A stretch of 64,000 nucleotides of DNA from Hypanus sabinus. Its lineage: Eukaryota. Under the pieces are notes generated by a model. The model searched no databases, was not told the origin of the DNA, and saw only the letters and a program-made list of their open reading frames with translations. Of the stretch, positions 22,382 through 37,309 are shown piece by piece. Within the stretch, counting starts at the first letter, position 1, and every line of letters begins with the position of its first letter. The stretch spans positions 25,854,001 through 25,918,000 of the forward strand of contig NC_082731.1 in NCBI RefSeq assembly GCF_030144855.1, written 5' to 3'. Position numbers and translations under genes: made by a program.

Positions 22382-25149
22382 CAAATCACCTCTCAAATCT
22401 TCATCGCTAAGTCTGTTTTTGCGTTCTCTACTTTTCGGCCCTTTGATGGGCTTGGCAAACGTAAGCTATAGCTTATAATTAGAATCACTTTGCAATTTAT
22501 GATCATCCTTTGTCATGTATAACTTTGATTACAGCGATACAAAGCTGCTACAATGGAATCTAGCCAATTCATATGAATACAAACCAATGCTTAGAGCATT
22601 ATTCTAGCTACTGAGTCTTACATTTCCGTAATATACGAGAGAATTTGGAAAAATGATTCCTTGGAAGAGCGTTCAAAATGACTTTAATTCTGCAAACAAT
22701 ACCTCTTTTCTTATTTCAGGCTGGTAAAGCCATACTACGAGCATAGCTGCAGACTCATTTATCAGTTGCTTGAAACTCAAGTAATATTCCGTTGGCTATT
22801 GTGATTATTACTGCTGCTACTACCACTACTACTACTACTACTGTCAATTTGATGTGGCTCCCTTGAGGCTACATTCCAAATTACGCCGATTAGGGCGGGG
22901 CAGATCTACCAGTAGCGGTTTACTCCCTTTGGGTCGAATGGGCCACACTGGTTCTCTCTTGAATTACTATGAAGTGCATTTAAACAATTGTTCAAATTGA
23001 GAAATTTCTTACAATGACAAACAGGTTTTTGAAAGTTGTATTTCCTCAAAGATCGAAGGATCCTGGGGGTGGTATTGGAGGAACCACTTGGGGTATACTA
23101 CTAAAAAGATAGTTGTTATAATGTGACCCTTGGGTATCTTGGTGTAGCCGTTTAAATGGTGGGTTAATGTGGTGTATACCCAGAAAATACTAAGTGATAG
23201 GACTCTAATGATAGTACAACCGACAGAGTAAAACAATGTAATTCTCAATGGTGCTATTTTGCATGCAACTGCTGATTTGGTAAAGGTGGCTGGGAGTGAC
23301 AATATGAATGCCGCTTAGTGAATATTAAAATCAATAATCACAACAAATGTTGCGCTGAAGGGCACTGTTCATTATAAATCAGCAGTCTGAAATCCATTGC
23401 CAAATTTACAATTGAGGTAATTTGAGGTTTCCTCCCATATTCCACCAATACTACAGAAATCTATTCGGCCAACCGGCTCTAGTGAATTGCAGCAGGAGTT
23501 CCAGCAATATGAAAAGCCCACTCTGTTTCCCATTCAGGTGCCTTTCAAAGCGTGGCTCATGCACTACTTGTCCACACTAGGAGTGATTGACTATAGACAG
23601 AGTTATCAAGTCAGAGTCGTATATAGCAGGGAGATCAGCCTTTGTTTGCCAATGTGCATTCCAACACGCTGACCCATCTGCACGAATACTATTTGCCGCA
23701 GTAAAGACTGCGTTTCCGCAATGGCATGCCTAAAGTCCTTCACTGAATGCCCCCGAAAAGAAATTGTTATATCTGTCTCCACAACCTGGACTGGGTTCCA
23801 GTTCCAAATGACAAATGTAGTGTTCTCGTACAGTTGTAGAAACGCTGAACTAAACACCGACATAAACCGTAATCAATGAAGGCAAGATCGCAGTAAGATT
23901 AACCATTTACTGTTCACTCTTCCGCATTAACGTATGGAGGAAACTGTTGATAAAACAATACAAAATATTTACAGTATTTGTTTCTTTCTTGGGATCATAT
24001 TTACGTCATAAATAATTGTAAAAGTAAGAATACAACGAACTTTATTACATTAAAATGCAACATAGAGTCAGAATCTACCTACGCCATCAACTGGCTTTAA
24101 ATACACTCCACACAAACTATCCAGCAACGCTTTCAATAGCACAAGAAAATAAACTTTATCACCCGTTATTACTTGAAACAGAATCAGCGTTAACATTTTT
24201 ACTTCAACATCTTATCGAATATCTTATGAACTTACGACGTTGTTTCTATGATGTTTCTTAGTACGTAGAATGAAAACTTTTCTCGCGCTGAACCTGCAAA
24301 CACAAGCCCCCCCCCCCCTTCCCGTTTCTCCAAACCGGTATTTTCCCGCAAGACGCGGCGAAACCGGGTGTGACGTCATTGCATGCCGCAATACATCACA
24401 GACAATGAATTTACTTTCCACAACTTTAACATTAACTAGAAAATATTTACAAACGAATTACGAAAGCGAAAATGTAATAAAGCTAAGCAAATGCCTTAAG
24501 GTCAACAGAACAAACATGCTATTTATATAGTATGTGGGATTCCGGCGAGAAAATTCCTCTGAGAAGAAGAAGCACATGGTTGCAAATCAGAGCGAATAAA
24601 ACGTAGGTTGCTGAAATTGAAGGATTTCTCTGAACATTTCGAATATCTGGCGGACTGCTAACGTGTTTTTCATTTTTAAAAAATAGTAAGCTGTAAATGG
24701 TGCTGATAATACCAGTGGGGAAAGGGAGGGGTTGCGTTTATTGCTGGATGACAGATATTGTGAGTGATCACAGTCACTTTCCCCCAGTGTAGAGTTATCT
24801 AAATAGTAAGCATGACGTTTTTGTCGGAGGTCATGTCTCAAAAATCATATTATGCTTTTGAGGACGTAACCAAGTGGAATGAGGACGTCAAATTGCCTGC
24901 ATGGTGCCTACGTGAACGTAAGCGAGCCCTGTCGTCAGAACGAAGAATCCAAAGTGAAATAGCAAACTGATAAACCGTTTCCTCGGTGGAAATAAGCAGT
25001 GGTTATGATTGGTTTTACATATATTGGGAGTCATGTAATCAGTTCTGTTCTGCGCAGTTCAGTATATCGTTTTCCAATATAATAGTTTGGAAGGAAACTT
25101 GTCACCGTTACATCTGATGCCCTTATTCGTGCGGTAGTGAGGAGTAAAG

Positions 25150-25500
25150 AAGGTTCTCTAATGTTACCTCAGGGTGCTCCATTAAGAATGTGAGCAAGGA
25201 AATGGCAGCTCATATTTAATTCTCATAACTTTGAAATGCCACATTTTAGGAAACTAACGGATGTGCGAAATAAATATCAGTGCCCTGGAAGGTAATTGAA
25301 CAACTATATATTGGATGCTTAATTCCATGAAAGAGGCAACACAGGCAAACATTTTGACAGGTGCATCAACAGAAAATATTTGGAGGGATATGGGACAAAG
25401 TCAGACAAATTGGATTGGCTTAAAGTACATATGTATCGGTATAAACGAGAAGGTCCGAAGAGCCTGATTCCACACTAAATAACCGTGAATACTTAAGTGT
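25150..25500 (+). mobile_element. CR1 fragment
   Basis: Degenerate CR1 RT-end and 3' tail sequence. Confidence 0.5.
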
Positions 25501-27499
25501 AAAGTTAAAAGGACAAATGGGCGTTTGCAAAAGAATCACATCTCCCTAATTCAGTAAGCGTATTATTGATATTGCAATATATTTCAATGCTTTGAATGTG
25601 CAGTTTTATTTGAAGATGCAATCTGTACAAATGTATCATTGTTTTCCTTGACATTTCTTTGCATAGAGCAACTGTTTCAGACACTGAGCCCGAGCATTAA
25701 CAGTAAGTGCTCCTTAGCTACAGAAAGAGAATGCTGGAGGAACTCAGTAAGCCAGGCAGCAGCGATAGTAAAGAGTATAGTCAACGTTTCTGCTGAACAG
25801 AATCGTTCCGTAACCACTGTAGCAGTATTCCTGAGATTACTGCCATCGAGGTGGTTCCCACCGATTCAGCGCTATCATTTCTTATGAACTCCCTTCTTGT
25901 TTGATCAGAATATGCCTTGGAGAAAGTGAAGAAGAGATGCAACTGAACGTTGCTTGGATCAGGCTATGTTACTGATAAGCAGGGACCAGATGTGCGGGGC
26001 TTTTTAAATTGGTGTAAACAAGGATAAGTGTCAATTGAAGTATCTGAGATTGTAAGACATTCGTGTGATGCATAATTTCCTTCTCATAGTAATATTATCA
26101 AAGGCATGAGGCAAAGGCTTCGGGAAGGATTCTTAAAAGAGATCTAAGAGTTAAGATTTATAAAGAGCTGCAAGTTTAAAGCATGGTGTAAGATTAATTA
26201 GTTGAATCAAATGCCATAAAGGCTCTACAATGCATTTGAACATGCGGTTCAATGGGTACTCCACAGACAAATACAAACAAAAGCCTCCACGTGAGTTTAG
26301 TTTGTCTAAAGCGAATGTTCGGCTTTGCCAAATCGGTAAAAGGAAGAATCGGCGTGAGAACTTGAGGAAAGAAATTACCTTGTGGCTAATACAAAAGATT
26401 CTGCAGACGCTACAAATCCAGAATAAAACGGTCAAAATTCTGGCGAACTCAGCAGGTCAGGTATCATTTGTGGAGTTGAATAAACCCGCAATATTTCAGG
26501 CCGTATCCTCCTATATCATCTTGCGTATGTTGCCCTAACCCTACAAAACCCTCGTAAAAGTCACCTAAAAAGGAAATATCTAGGCATAAGCCTTGAACAT
26601 TGGAAGTTGTGAATCTTCCCGAAGAGTTCTTTTGAGTTTTTCTTTTTTGTTTGTTTGTTTGTTTGTTTTTTTCTCCTATTCAGAATCAATACGCTGTATC
26701 AGGGAAGGTCTTTGTCTAGTGTGTTCTTTTGTTCCCTGCATTCAATTGACAACTGAAGATTTAATCACAGAAATGTATTGGTTGCACACAACGGAAGATC
26801 ACTGGCCCATCGTTTTAATGGATATTTAATGAAGTCAACGCAATATGGGATATCTTTCTCTGTCCTGCGGTAAACGTTACTATGCTTCAGGTGCACTTCA
26901 GGCTGCGGATTCCAGCCTGAAATGCAAAATCTACCCTACAGGCCTACCCGAAATATCACAGATTACCTCTAAAACAAGAACTCTTTGACAGTCTCAGAAG
27001 CTCAACATCACACCATTAGATTCCATCATCGTAAATACTTTTTACAGTCCTACAAATCTGCATTGTTTAATTCCGAAACAATCACATATTAGAATTTACG
27101 CGGCTGCTTTACGACACCTCCATGCTCTCGAATGCTTTGAAGTAATTTATTTCAACCTCAGTTAGTCCAGAGCAAATAAACTGAAATTGCTATTTGAATC
27201 TGGCATAATAGTTGAACTGATATAATACCAAAAATTATGCACAAGCAATAGAAGTAGCAGGTGAAGGTTTAATTAAAAACCGAACTTCCTACCTCTCCTT
27301 TTTACAGCTGTACAGACCAAAAATTGCTTTTAGCAGGACATTTTAGATGCCTGAAACGTACGCGTTTCTTTAAATTTGTTTTTGAAATACCCATTTGTAA
27401 TTACAATCAAAATTTTTAAATCGCATGCATTTTAGTTCTGTATTAATTAAGGGATACAATGAAATATAGTAAAGCAAAAAAAAATTCTTTCATGCTTCG

Positions 27500-27800
27500 T
27501 ACAAGCTTTCAAGCTAAAGATGAATGCCTGACATCACAATTTTTCTAAGCTCCATGTACCTACCTATGAGTCTCTTAATAGACCATATAGTTTCCGCCTC
27601 CACAACTGTCGCCGAGCCCATTCCAACCCGTCGCCACTCTTTGTGTAAAAGTATTACCCGTGACATCTCCACTGTAACTACTTCAAAGCACCGTAAAACT
27701 GTGCCCTCTCGTGTTAGCCATTTCAGCCCTGGGAAAAAGCCTCTGGCTATCAGCACGATCAGTGCATCTCAGCATCGTGTAGACCTCTATCAGGTCATCT
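27500..27800 (-). mobile_element. CR1 3' fragment
   Basis: Minus-strand MRDDLIEVYTML..DRADSQRLFPR. Confidence 0.8.
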
Positions 27801-28798
27801 CTCATTGTGTAGACGGTTGGTATGGAATACAACAATATATTAGCAAGATGCCAAGCTAGGCTCTGAAATGGCACAGAAGAGTACCTGAGTTTTGGAGCCC
27901 AAGATCCCTTTAATCCTCCACACTACTATGTATACTTCCATTATTCTTGTACTCTTATGTCAAGTTCGATATTACTTCACACGTTTGTACTCACGTGTTG
28001 ACTGTACTCCATCTCTCTCCTCATACTCAATTGATTGTGAACTCCTTATTGTAACGACAGAAGACTATCATTGAAAAGACGTTGTAGATTGTATATTGTT
28101 CATCTCAAGTACTAAGATATCATTTGCATTCACATAACTTTTACGCTGTGGACGTGGGCATAAAATATGGGAAATTCTTGACACCATCCACGTCTTCATA
28201 AGCATTTAACGATTATTGATAACAACTGAGTAGCTTGTTCGTGGTACTTTCAAGAGCAAAGCACATATGAAATGCACCTTCTACCTCATTACAGAATTAC
28301 ACCTGATAGTCCATCACGCACAATCCAAAACTCAACGCATTCCATAACACCCGCCAGTCTGACATTTCCCTATAACCTAATCAGTCCAATAAGCAATAGC
28401 ATGTTGGTGGAAACCGGATCACCTGGCTCAAAGAACAGGAAATCTGTTCACACAGACAGCACCCGAGGTCTTGAACGAAAGCCAGCGGTTGGATCTCTGA
28501 GATAGCCACTTGACAGACTGCATTACTCTGCCGTCCAAAGTACTTTATTCTCAACAAGAGCAATCATAGGATCGGCGCACGTTTACAGCACAGATAGATG
28601 GCAGTTGGCTCAACAGGTGCCTACTGGAATTATGCATGAAAGATATATCTTGGCTCACTGTTTGACACGGTCGATCTGCCCTTTTAATGTTGGGCAGAAA
28701 CATTTTATGCACGGTAGACCATGTCTTTGAGAAGAAAAACGTTTGCTTTTAAAATGAGGAAGATGTCTGGTGTGGGTGGAGCAGTTAGTTCGGTCTCT

Positions 28799-28809
28799 TC
28801 ATCATCATC

Positions 28810-28846
<37 letters not shown>

Positions 28847-29800
28847 GGTGCCATGTCTAGTTTGAGCGTTGATCGCCACGGCTAACATACTCCTGTTTCC
28901 TGTCAACTGATTCAATTCATAGGTATTCGTCTCCAGTTTTGTGGCTACTGTCTCCATCGTCATTTGTCTTTGTCTTCCTCCCTTCAATCTTTCCTACAGT
29001 TACCGTGCATTCTAATTCCATTTTACTAACCACATGTCCAATGAAGTCGTTTTGCCTTTTCATAATCTCATACATTATTTCTGTTTTTGTGCTTGCTCTG
29101 TTCATGACATCCTCATTAGACATTTGTTTCCTCCATGATATTCTTTGCATCCTCCTCAAAAACCACACCTCTGCTGCTTCAATTCGTTTCCGCATGTTAC
29201 TAGATATTGTCCAACATTCTGAGCCATATAACGTAACTGATAAACGTAGCATTTCAGTGCTCTGAGGCGGGTTGTCATGCCAATTTTAGTGTTGGTCAGT
29301 ATACTCTTCATTCTCGTAAAGTGTATTTTACCATCCGTATGGCAAAAGGGAATGTCCATTTCGCACCTCCAAACTATTGTCACCCAGCGTCCGATGTAGC
29401 AAAAGTTCTGTATTTGATTTATGCCTTCCCTGTTTATTCTCAGCCTGCTGACAGGATTTTCCTTCTTCTGGATGTCACCATACATTCTGTATTTCAGCAA
29501 TTGATAGATAGACATATTTTCGCACTTTCTTCAACAACTATATCAATTATATTTTGTAGTTCTTCCTCCGTACTTTCAATGAACACGGTGACATCCACAT
29601 ATCTAAAATTATTGATGTCTTCACCGCCAACGTTAATCCCCAAGAAGTCTCTTATTTTTTTGATATGATTTCACTCTGCACATTAAACAAATCAGCCCTT
29701 TTCTAACGCCTCTCTTGATTTTCGTAAACTGGCTCATTTGTCCATTTTGTTTCCTGCCATAGTGCCTAGAAAACGATTGGAAAGGTTTCCACGATCTGTC
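28799..29800 (-). mobile_element. RTE-clade LINE 3' fragment with (TGA)n tail
   Basis: LYGSECWTIS...EAAEVWFLRRMQRISW, IKRGVRKG; (TCA)n at 28799-28846 on +. Confidence 0.85.
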
Positions 29801-32800
29801 CCGAAATTGACCCCTCACTCAACACTACAGAATGTCAGATATGTTTATAGGCCATTACAGTTCCAGTGCGGTTACATTGTATAACACCGTCTCTCCATGA
29901 CAACAGTGACTCCGCTTCAAAACTGTTTTTCATTTTCTGGAGAACTTGCTCTGATTTGAGCCAAATTCATGAAAGATGCTGAGTAACTGTAAATCACCTT
30001 GGCAGGGGTGATCTTTGGATTCATTAATAATTCTATCATAGCAGTTTATATTTGAATGAGGTTGCAAGACTTAGTACACGCAGAATCGTTGTCATCTGGT
30101 TGTGTACACAACATTACCCAATCTGCTGGTCTGCACCTAGGAGCTTCACACCCGTCAGTGTTCTTTCAATATCGACCCGTTCTGCAGCCCTTGTCTTCTA
30201 AGCTACTGAGAAGTATACTGTGAACGGCAACAATTGTTTCTCCTAATCTCCCTGCATCAAAAGTTCCTTTGCTCTCACCGGCTTAGGCAGGTCAATGAGT
30301 CTCCTAGCAGTGGTGAAGCGTGATGTGCCCAGGATTTAGCAGTCAAATTAATTTGTTAGGGCTCGGAACAAGAACATTTCTTTCTTTATTTTCTTTTTCA
30401 GTCTTTTTATTATTGTTATTAATATCAACAAAATACAATTGATACATTGATAATGGGATTACAAGCATACACATTTCAACTGCACATGGAAGAATACATA
30501 AGCAATGATTACAGTATAAATGAGTATTCCCAAATCATGGACGATACAATATATAAATAAACAAGGCAAATCTAGGTATATCATAATATGTAATAAAAAA
30601 AAACAGAAGAAAGAAAAGAAAAAAATTATGCAAAAAACTAATCTAATAATCTAATAGCTAATAAAGAAAAGAAAAAAAACAAAGAAAGGAAAAAGAGAAA
30701 AAGAAAAACTGGAAAAAGAAAAAAAAAGGCTGTTTATAATATCTCACAAGAATATAAAGTAATCAGTGTCGTCAAACAAGAAGATAAATGAAGTGAGTCC
30801 ATCATTGGTAAACCAAAAATTGCAGTAATCGGATGGGGTTGTAAATCAATGTTCAATACGGCAGAGATAATATCAAAAATATCCTTCCAATATTTTTTCA
30901 AAAGCGGACACGACCAGAACATATATTTAAAGACGCTATTTCAGATTGACATCTATCACAAATAGGATTTATATAGGAATAAAATGAGCTAATTTATCCT
31001 TGGACATATGGCCCCTCTGTACGACCTTAAACTTTATTAATGAATGTTTGGCACATATAGATGATGTATTAACTAATTGAAGAATTCTGTCCCAATTCTC
31101 AATAGGAATAATAAGATTAAGCTCTCTTTCCCAATCGTTTTTGTCTTACAAAGGGGCTCTGAACGGATCTTCATAATTATATTATAAAGTTTTGATATAA
31201 GCCCTTTTTGAAAAGGGTTTAATTCAAACAAACTCTCCGAAATACCTCAATACACAAAATTTGGAAATGTAGGAAGTACGGTATTTAAAAATTGTCTAAT
31301 CTGTAAATATCTTAAAAAATGAAATCTAGGCAAATTATATTTATTAGATAATTGTTCAAAAGACATAAAACAATTGTCCAAAAACAAATCAGAAAATCGT
31401 AGTAATCCCTTAGTCTTCCAAGCTGAATAAGCTTGGTCTATAATTCAAGGGTGGAAAAAACAATTGGATACAATAGGAATATTTAAAACAAACTGAGTCA
31501 ACCCAAAACATTTCCGAAATTGAAACCATATACGTAAAGTATGTTTAACTATCGGGTTGTCAATTCGTTTCGGCAATTTAGAAAGAGCAAAAGGGAGAGA
31601 AGTCCCCAAAATAGAACCCAGTGCATAACCTGGTACCGATTTAATTTCCAGGCTCACCCAATGAGGGCTAAAAGATCCATCCCAATCTTTCAAACAACAT
31701 ATCAAATATCTAATATTAACTGCCCAATAATAAAATCTAAAATTAGGCAATGCTAACCTACCTTCCTTCTTTGTCTTCTCTAAGTATATTTTACATAGCC
31801 TGGGATTTTTATTCTGCCATATATATGGGGAAAGTTTTGAATCAACATTAGTATAAAAAGATTTCGGAATAAAAATTGGTACTGCTTGAAAAATAAATAA
31901 AAACTTAGGTAAAATAACCATCTTAATAGCATTAATCCTACCTATCAGAGATAAAGGTAAAGGGGACCATTTAGTAAACAAGCATTTAATCTGATCAATT
32001 AAGGGTACAAAATTAACCTTAAATAAGTTTTTATGGTTTTCTGTGATTTTAATCCCTAAGTAAATAAAAGAGTCATTAACTAATTTAAAAGGCAAGTTTC
32101 CATAAATTGGGACCTGTCTATTTAAAGGAAACAATTCACTCTTATTAAGATTTAATTTATACCCAGAAAAATCACTAAATTGAGCCAACAATGATAAAAC
32201 AGCTGGAATAGATTTCTCAGGATTAGAAATAAATAATAATAATCATCTGCATACTGGGATAACTTATGAGTATCTGTCCCACGATTAATACCATAAATAT
32301 CCTGTAATTCTCTGACAGCAATAGCCAAAGGTTCTAAAGCAATATTAAATAATAGTGGGCTAAGAGGACAGCCTTGTCTAGTGCCCCGAAATAAACGAAA
32401 AAAGGGAGATCTTTCATTGTTTGTAAACACCGAGGCTACTGGAGTATGATAAATCAGTTTAATCCAGGAAATAAATGTCGGAATAGAATTAAACTTCTCC
32501 AAACACATTAAATAAGTAAAGCCATTCAACTCTGCCAAATGCTTTCTCCGCATCTAATGAAATAACACATTCTGAAATATTATGTGAAGGAGTGTACACA
32601 ATATTCAATAACCCCTAACATTAAAAAAAAGTATAATGACCTTTAGTAAAACCGGTTTGATCTTCCGAGATGACTTGGGGTAATACCTTCTCCAACCTGG
32701 ATGCAAGAAACTTGGAAAAAATCTTGGAATCGACATTCAATAAGGATATTGGTCTATAGGATGCGAAATCAGTAGGGTCTATATCTTTCTTCAAAATTAA

Positions 32801-33623
32801 AGAATGGAAGCTCTGTAAAAAGATTGTGGCAAATTTCCCAATCTAATTGCTTCTTCAAAAACCTTATATAACCAAGGAGAGAGAGTAGCTTAAAAACATT
32901 TAAAAAATTCTGCTGTATACCCATCCGGACCAGGTGCTTTCCCTGAATTCATGGAGGAAATAACCCCTTTGATTTCTGCATCAGTCATAGGAGCTTCCAA
33001 TACTGAAAGATCATCTTGTGATAGTCTTGGGAAATTCAATTTCCCAAAAAAATCACACGTGGTACCACAATCCTGAGGAAATTCCGAATGATATAGGGAA
33101 GTATAAAAATCTTGAAATGATTTATTTTTCTCAACATGGTTAACTGTCAAGTCACCATTTTACTGACGGATCTTAGGAATTTGACGTTTAACCAAGCATT
33201 CTTCAATTGACAAGCCAGTAGTTTACCCGATTTATCACTATGTATACAAAAATCAGATCTGGACTTCATCAGTTGATTTTCAATCGAAGATGTAAGTAAT
33301 AAACTATATTCGGTCTGAGGTTCAACCCTTTGCTTGTAAAGCTCCTTACTAGGAGTAATCAAATATTTCTTGCCAATCAATTTAGTTTTATCAACCAATA
33401 AATGCGCTTCCTTCTTTATGCGTTTTCTCAGACAAACAGAATAAGAAATAATCTGTCCACGTATATATGCTTTAAGAGTGTCCCAAAATGTTCCGTAAGA
33501 AATATCTTCCACGGAGTTGGTTGAAAAGGAGAAGTCGATCTGTTCATTCATAAATTTAATAAAGTCCGGATCCTGCAAAAATGTAGAGTCAAATCGCCAT
33601 TGTCTAGCATTAGGAACTGTATC

Positions 33624-34505
33624 ATTTATCATTAGCTCATTTTTACTCTCATATTAGTCCTATTTGTGATAGATGTCAATCTGAAATTGTGTCTTTAACT
33701 CATATGTTTTGGTCTTGTTCATTTTTGGAGAAATATTGGAAAGATATTTTTGATATTATTTCTGCGGTTTTGAATATTGATTTACAACCTCATCCTATTA
33801 CCGCAATTTTTGGTTTACCAATCTTAGACTCACTGCATTTATCTTCTTCTGCCCGTCGAATGATTGCATTTCTAACTCTGATGGCAAGAAGATCTATATT
33901 GTTGAATTGGAAGGAAATTAATCCTCCCACTGTATTTAATTGGTTCTCTCAAACTATGTTATGTTTAAATTTAAAAAAAAATTAGAAGTGGTGTTTCTGA
34001 GACTTCTATTAAATTTGAAACGTTATGGAGACCATTTATTCAACATTTTCATATGATGTAATATGAACCTGTGGCAAGTTCATTTGATTTCCCAGCTTCT
34101 AGATTATGTATGTTGAGAGGACCGGAAATGACGGCATTGATGAATATTTATTTTTGTGAGATATTATAAACAGCCCCCTTTTTTTCTCTCTCTCTCTTTT
34201 GCTTCTTTTTTCTTCTATATTAGTTATTAGATTAGTAGGTTAGCTAGATTTGCATTATATATATTTTTTATTTTTTTCTTTCTTTTTTCTGTTTTTTTAT
34301 ATCATATATTATGAAATATTTAGACTTACCATGTTCATACATATATTTCATGGCTTATGTCTTGGTAAGCTCATTTATATTGTAACTATTATGTATGTTT
34401 TTTTCATATCTAATGGAAGTTGTATGTTGGTAATTTCTTTATCAATATATCATTTGTATTCTGTCCATATTACTAATAATAATAAAAAGATTTAGAAAGA
34501 AAGAA
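33624..34505 (+). mobile_element. 3' fragment of the same L1 family inserted antisense into the host L1, with a 12-bp TSD
   Basis: AGGAACTGTATC at 33612-33623 and 34506-34517; A-rich tail; THMFWSC motif. Confidence 0.85.
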
Positions 34506-36629
34506 AGGAACTGTATCCATAAATTTAATAGGAAGTTTTAATGGAGCATGGTCAGAAATAGCTATAATATCATAATCACAACCATTTACCGAAGGAATCA
34601 AGCAAGAGTCAATAAAAAAATAATCAATTCTCAAATAAGAACGATAAACATGTGAGAAAAAAGAAAACTCCTTATCCTTAGGATGCCGAAATCTCCAAAT
34701 ATCAAAAACTCCATTATCAGTTATGAAAGAGTTGATACAAGTGGCCGACTTATTGGGTAAAGTCTGAGTAGATATAGATTTGTCCATCAAAGGATTTAAA
34801 CAACAATTAAAATCACCATCCATTATCAACTTATATTCATTTAGTTTAGGTAAAGAAGTAAGTAAGGACTTTACAAAATCAGGACAATCCACATTTGGAG
34901 CATAAACATTAACCATAGCAATCTTTTTATTACAAAGTAAGCCCGTAATTAACAAAAATCTACCATACGGATCCGAAAAGATATCGTGTTGGACAAATGC
35001 AATAGAGGAGTCAATAAAAATTGAAACTCCCTTTCCTTTGGCATTCGAATTCGAATGATACTGTTGACCCCGCCAAGACCGAAAAAGCGATAATTGCCCT
35101 CCTTCCTCACATGAGTTTCTTGTACAAAAATGATATGAGCATTAAGTCTTTGGAATAAATTGAAAATCTTCTTTCGTTTAATCAGATGGTTTAAACCATT
35201 AGTATTCCAAGACACAAAATTGATAGTCTGAGCCATATTTCTAAAATCAACCCTTTGGTATAAAAAGGGTTAACCAAATTATAAACTCATGCACCCTGAA
35301 GAGGAACATAAATAGAGAGCGGACCCGGAAGTATCGACATCGTAGACATATTTGTAGTACAAAAACAGCCCAAATGAAAAAAATAAAACAAACTGGTAAA
35401 GGAAATACGGAGTTAGAAAACAGACCACTCCCCACCCCCACAAGAAAGAGAGAAAAAAACAACAGCCAAAAATAGGCTGGGAAAAGGAAAAAACGAGACT
35501 AATTCCACCCCCATATCAGCGGAAGTCCACTCCGTATATAAAGGATATATATAAAAAAAAACACCCAAACTTTAAAAATTATGATCACTGTACGAAAAAC
35601 CAAACTTCTTAATATACCTGGTGGAAAGAAAAAACGAAAAGAATATAATCACTAAAAACTTATAAATCGGGTTATAACCCAAACAAACCCAAAAATATTT
35701 AAACTGTGATAAGCGATGCATTATCGGAAGAAGACGAGAGAAAAAAATAACGCCATCTTAAAAAAAAACAAAAATATTTTTCCAAAAAACCACCATCTTC
35801 GTAAGAAAGAATTCACCTTCGAAGGGTTAAAAATACACCTTCGAAGGAACAAAAATAATAGTCAGCACTATAGTATAATGGTTAGAGTGTATAAAACAAA
35901 CCGATTAATATGACGAAAGAACACTTTAACTTGAATATAAAGTATAGAATAAACCTACACTAATAGCCAGAAGCAAAATCTCGTTTGAGGAATCAAAAAC
36001 CATCTCACACGATCAAAATCCTCATTTATTAGGAATGAGAAATCGTAGCAGTAGGGAAGTTCTCAATCAGAAAACTTCTCGCTTCAAATGTAGAAAGGAA
36101 ATTTCAGCGTGGAGAATTCGACGGCGAGATTCTAAGCCTCGCAGGGTATAAGAGCGCAGGTTTTAGATTTTTCTCATAACATTCAGACATCAGAGGTTTA
36201 AAAAGAAGCTTTGCTTTCATTACTTCAGGACTAAAATCTTCTACCAAGCGGAAATTGTGATCCTGAAATTTAACCAATCCTACCCGCCGAACCACACGAA
36301 TAAGTTGCTGTTTATCATGTACGTAATGAAACCTGACAATTACTATTAGCTGAAGCACTCGATGATCGACGCATAATTCTATGTGCGCGATCAAGTAACG
36401 GGAGGTTATCTGGAAATACAGACTGGAACGCATCTTTTAAAAGTTGAGCAAAGTATTGCAAAGGGTCGCCTTGTTCTATGCCATCCGGGAGACTAAGTAG
36501 TGGTAGATTCCGTCTTCTGGACCGATTCTCAAAGTCGACACTCTTGGCTTCAAGTGTTTCCATCAGTTTAGTGGTCGAAATTAAATCCTGTTGCAATTTT
36601 TCAATTATCAAATCTCATTTCCGAGCGTA

Positions 36630-37250
36630 TTGTTGCAGAGATGCTGGCGTCATTCAATGTTTGTAGTAAGATGCTGAAGATGTCCTATCGGTCAGTTGTG
36701 GAGAGCGCCTTCTTCTTTGTGGTGGCGTGCTGGGGAGGCAGCATTAAGAAGAGGGACGCCTCACGTCTTAATAAGCTGGTAAAGAAGGAGGGCTCTGTCG
36801 TGGGCACAGAACTGGAGAGTATGACATCGGTGGCAGAGCAAAGGGCGCTGAGTAGGCTACGGTCAATCATGGAAAACCCTGAACATCCTCTGCATAGCAC
36901 CATCCAGAGACAGAGAAGCAGCTTCAGCGGCAGTTTGCTGTCAATGCAATACTCCTCAGACAGGATGAAGAGAACATTACTCCCCAACACCATTCGGCTC
37001 TACAATTCAACCACCAGGGGCAAGACATGTTAACTTGCCGGGGATAGGACTGAGCTTAAGTTACCACTCAATGCACTTTAGTAAACTATTTAAGAACTTT
37101 TTAAAAGCTATTTATTAATGCTTTTTGGGAGGGTGATTTTAGATGCATATCATATTTATACTGAGTTAAATACTGTATATAATTAGTTTTGCTACATAAG
37201 TGTATGGGATACTGGAAAAAATGTTGAATTTCCCTTGGGGATGAATAAAG

Positions 37251-37308
<58 letters not shown>
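36630..37308 (+). mobile_element. Rex1/Babar-like LINE 3' end with (TATC)n tail, nested in L1 ORF1
   Basis: YRSVVES..F...CWGGS...RLNKLVKK...HPLH...P..IRLYN; (TATC)n at 37251-37308. Confidence 0.8.

Positions 37309-37309
<1 letters not shown>

Larger units (their letters stand above)
7900..22800 (+). repeat. Segmental duplication unit 2; its distal part 14450-22800 is homologous to 40890-50160
   Basis: Shared junctions: 14455~40890; CR1 starts 16470~42960; CR1 ends ~18570~45630; D/J cassette; 22390~49810. Confidence 0.85.

Noticed and set aside
23480-23720. Scattered V-like words (FQQY, LTIDRV, YY)
   Set aside because: In different frames with wrong spacing and no RSS
24260-24570. CpG-rich patch with TGACGTCA
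   Set aside because: Single copy in the window, probably an unclassified repeat; nothing ties it to the receptor genes
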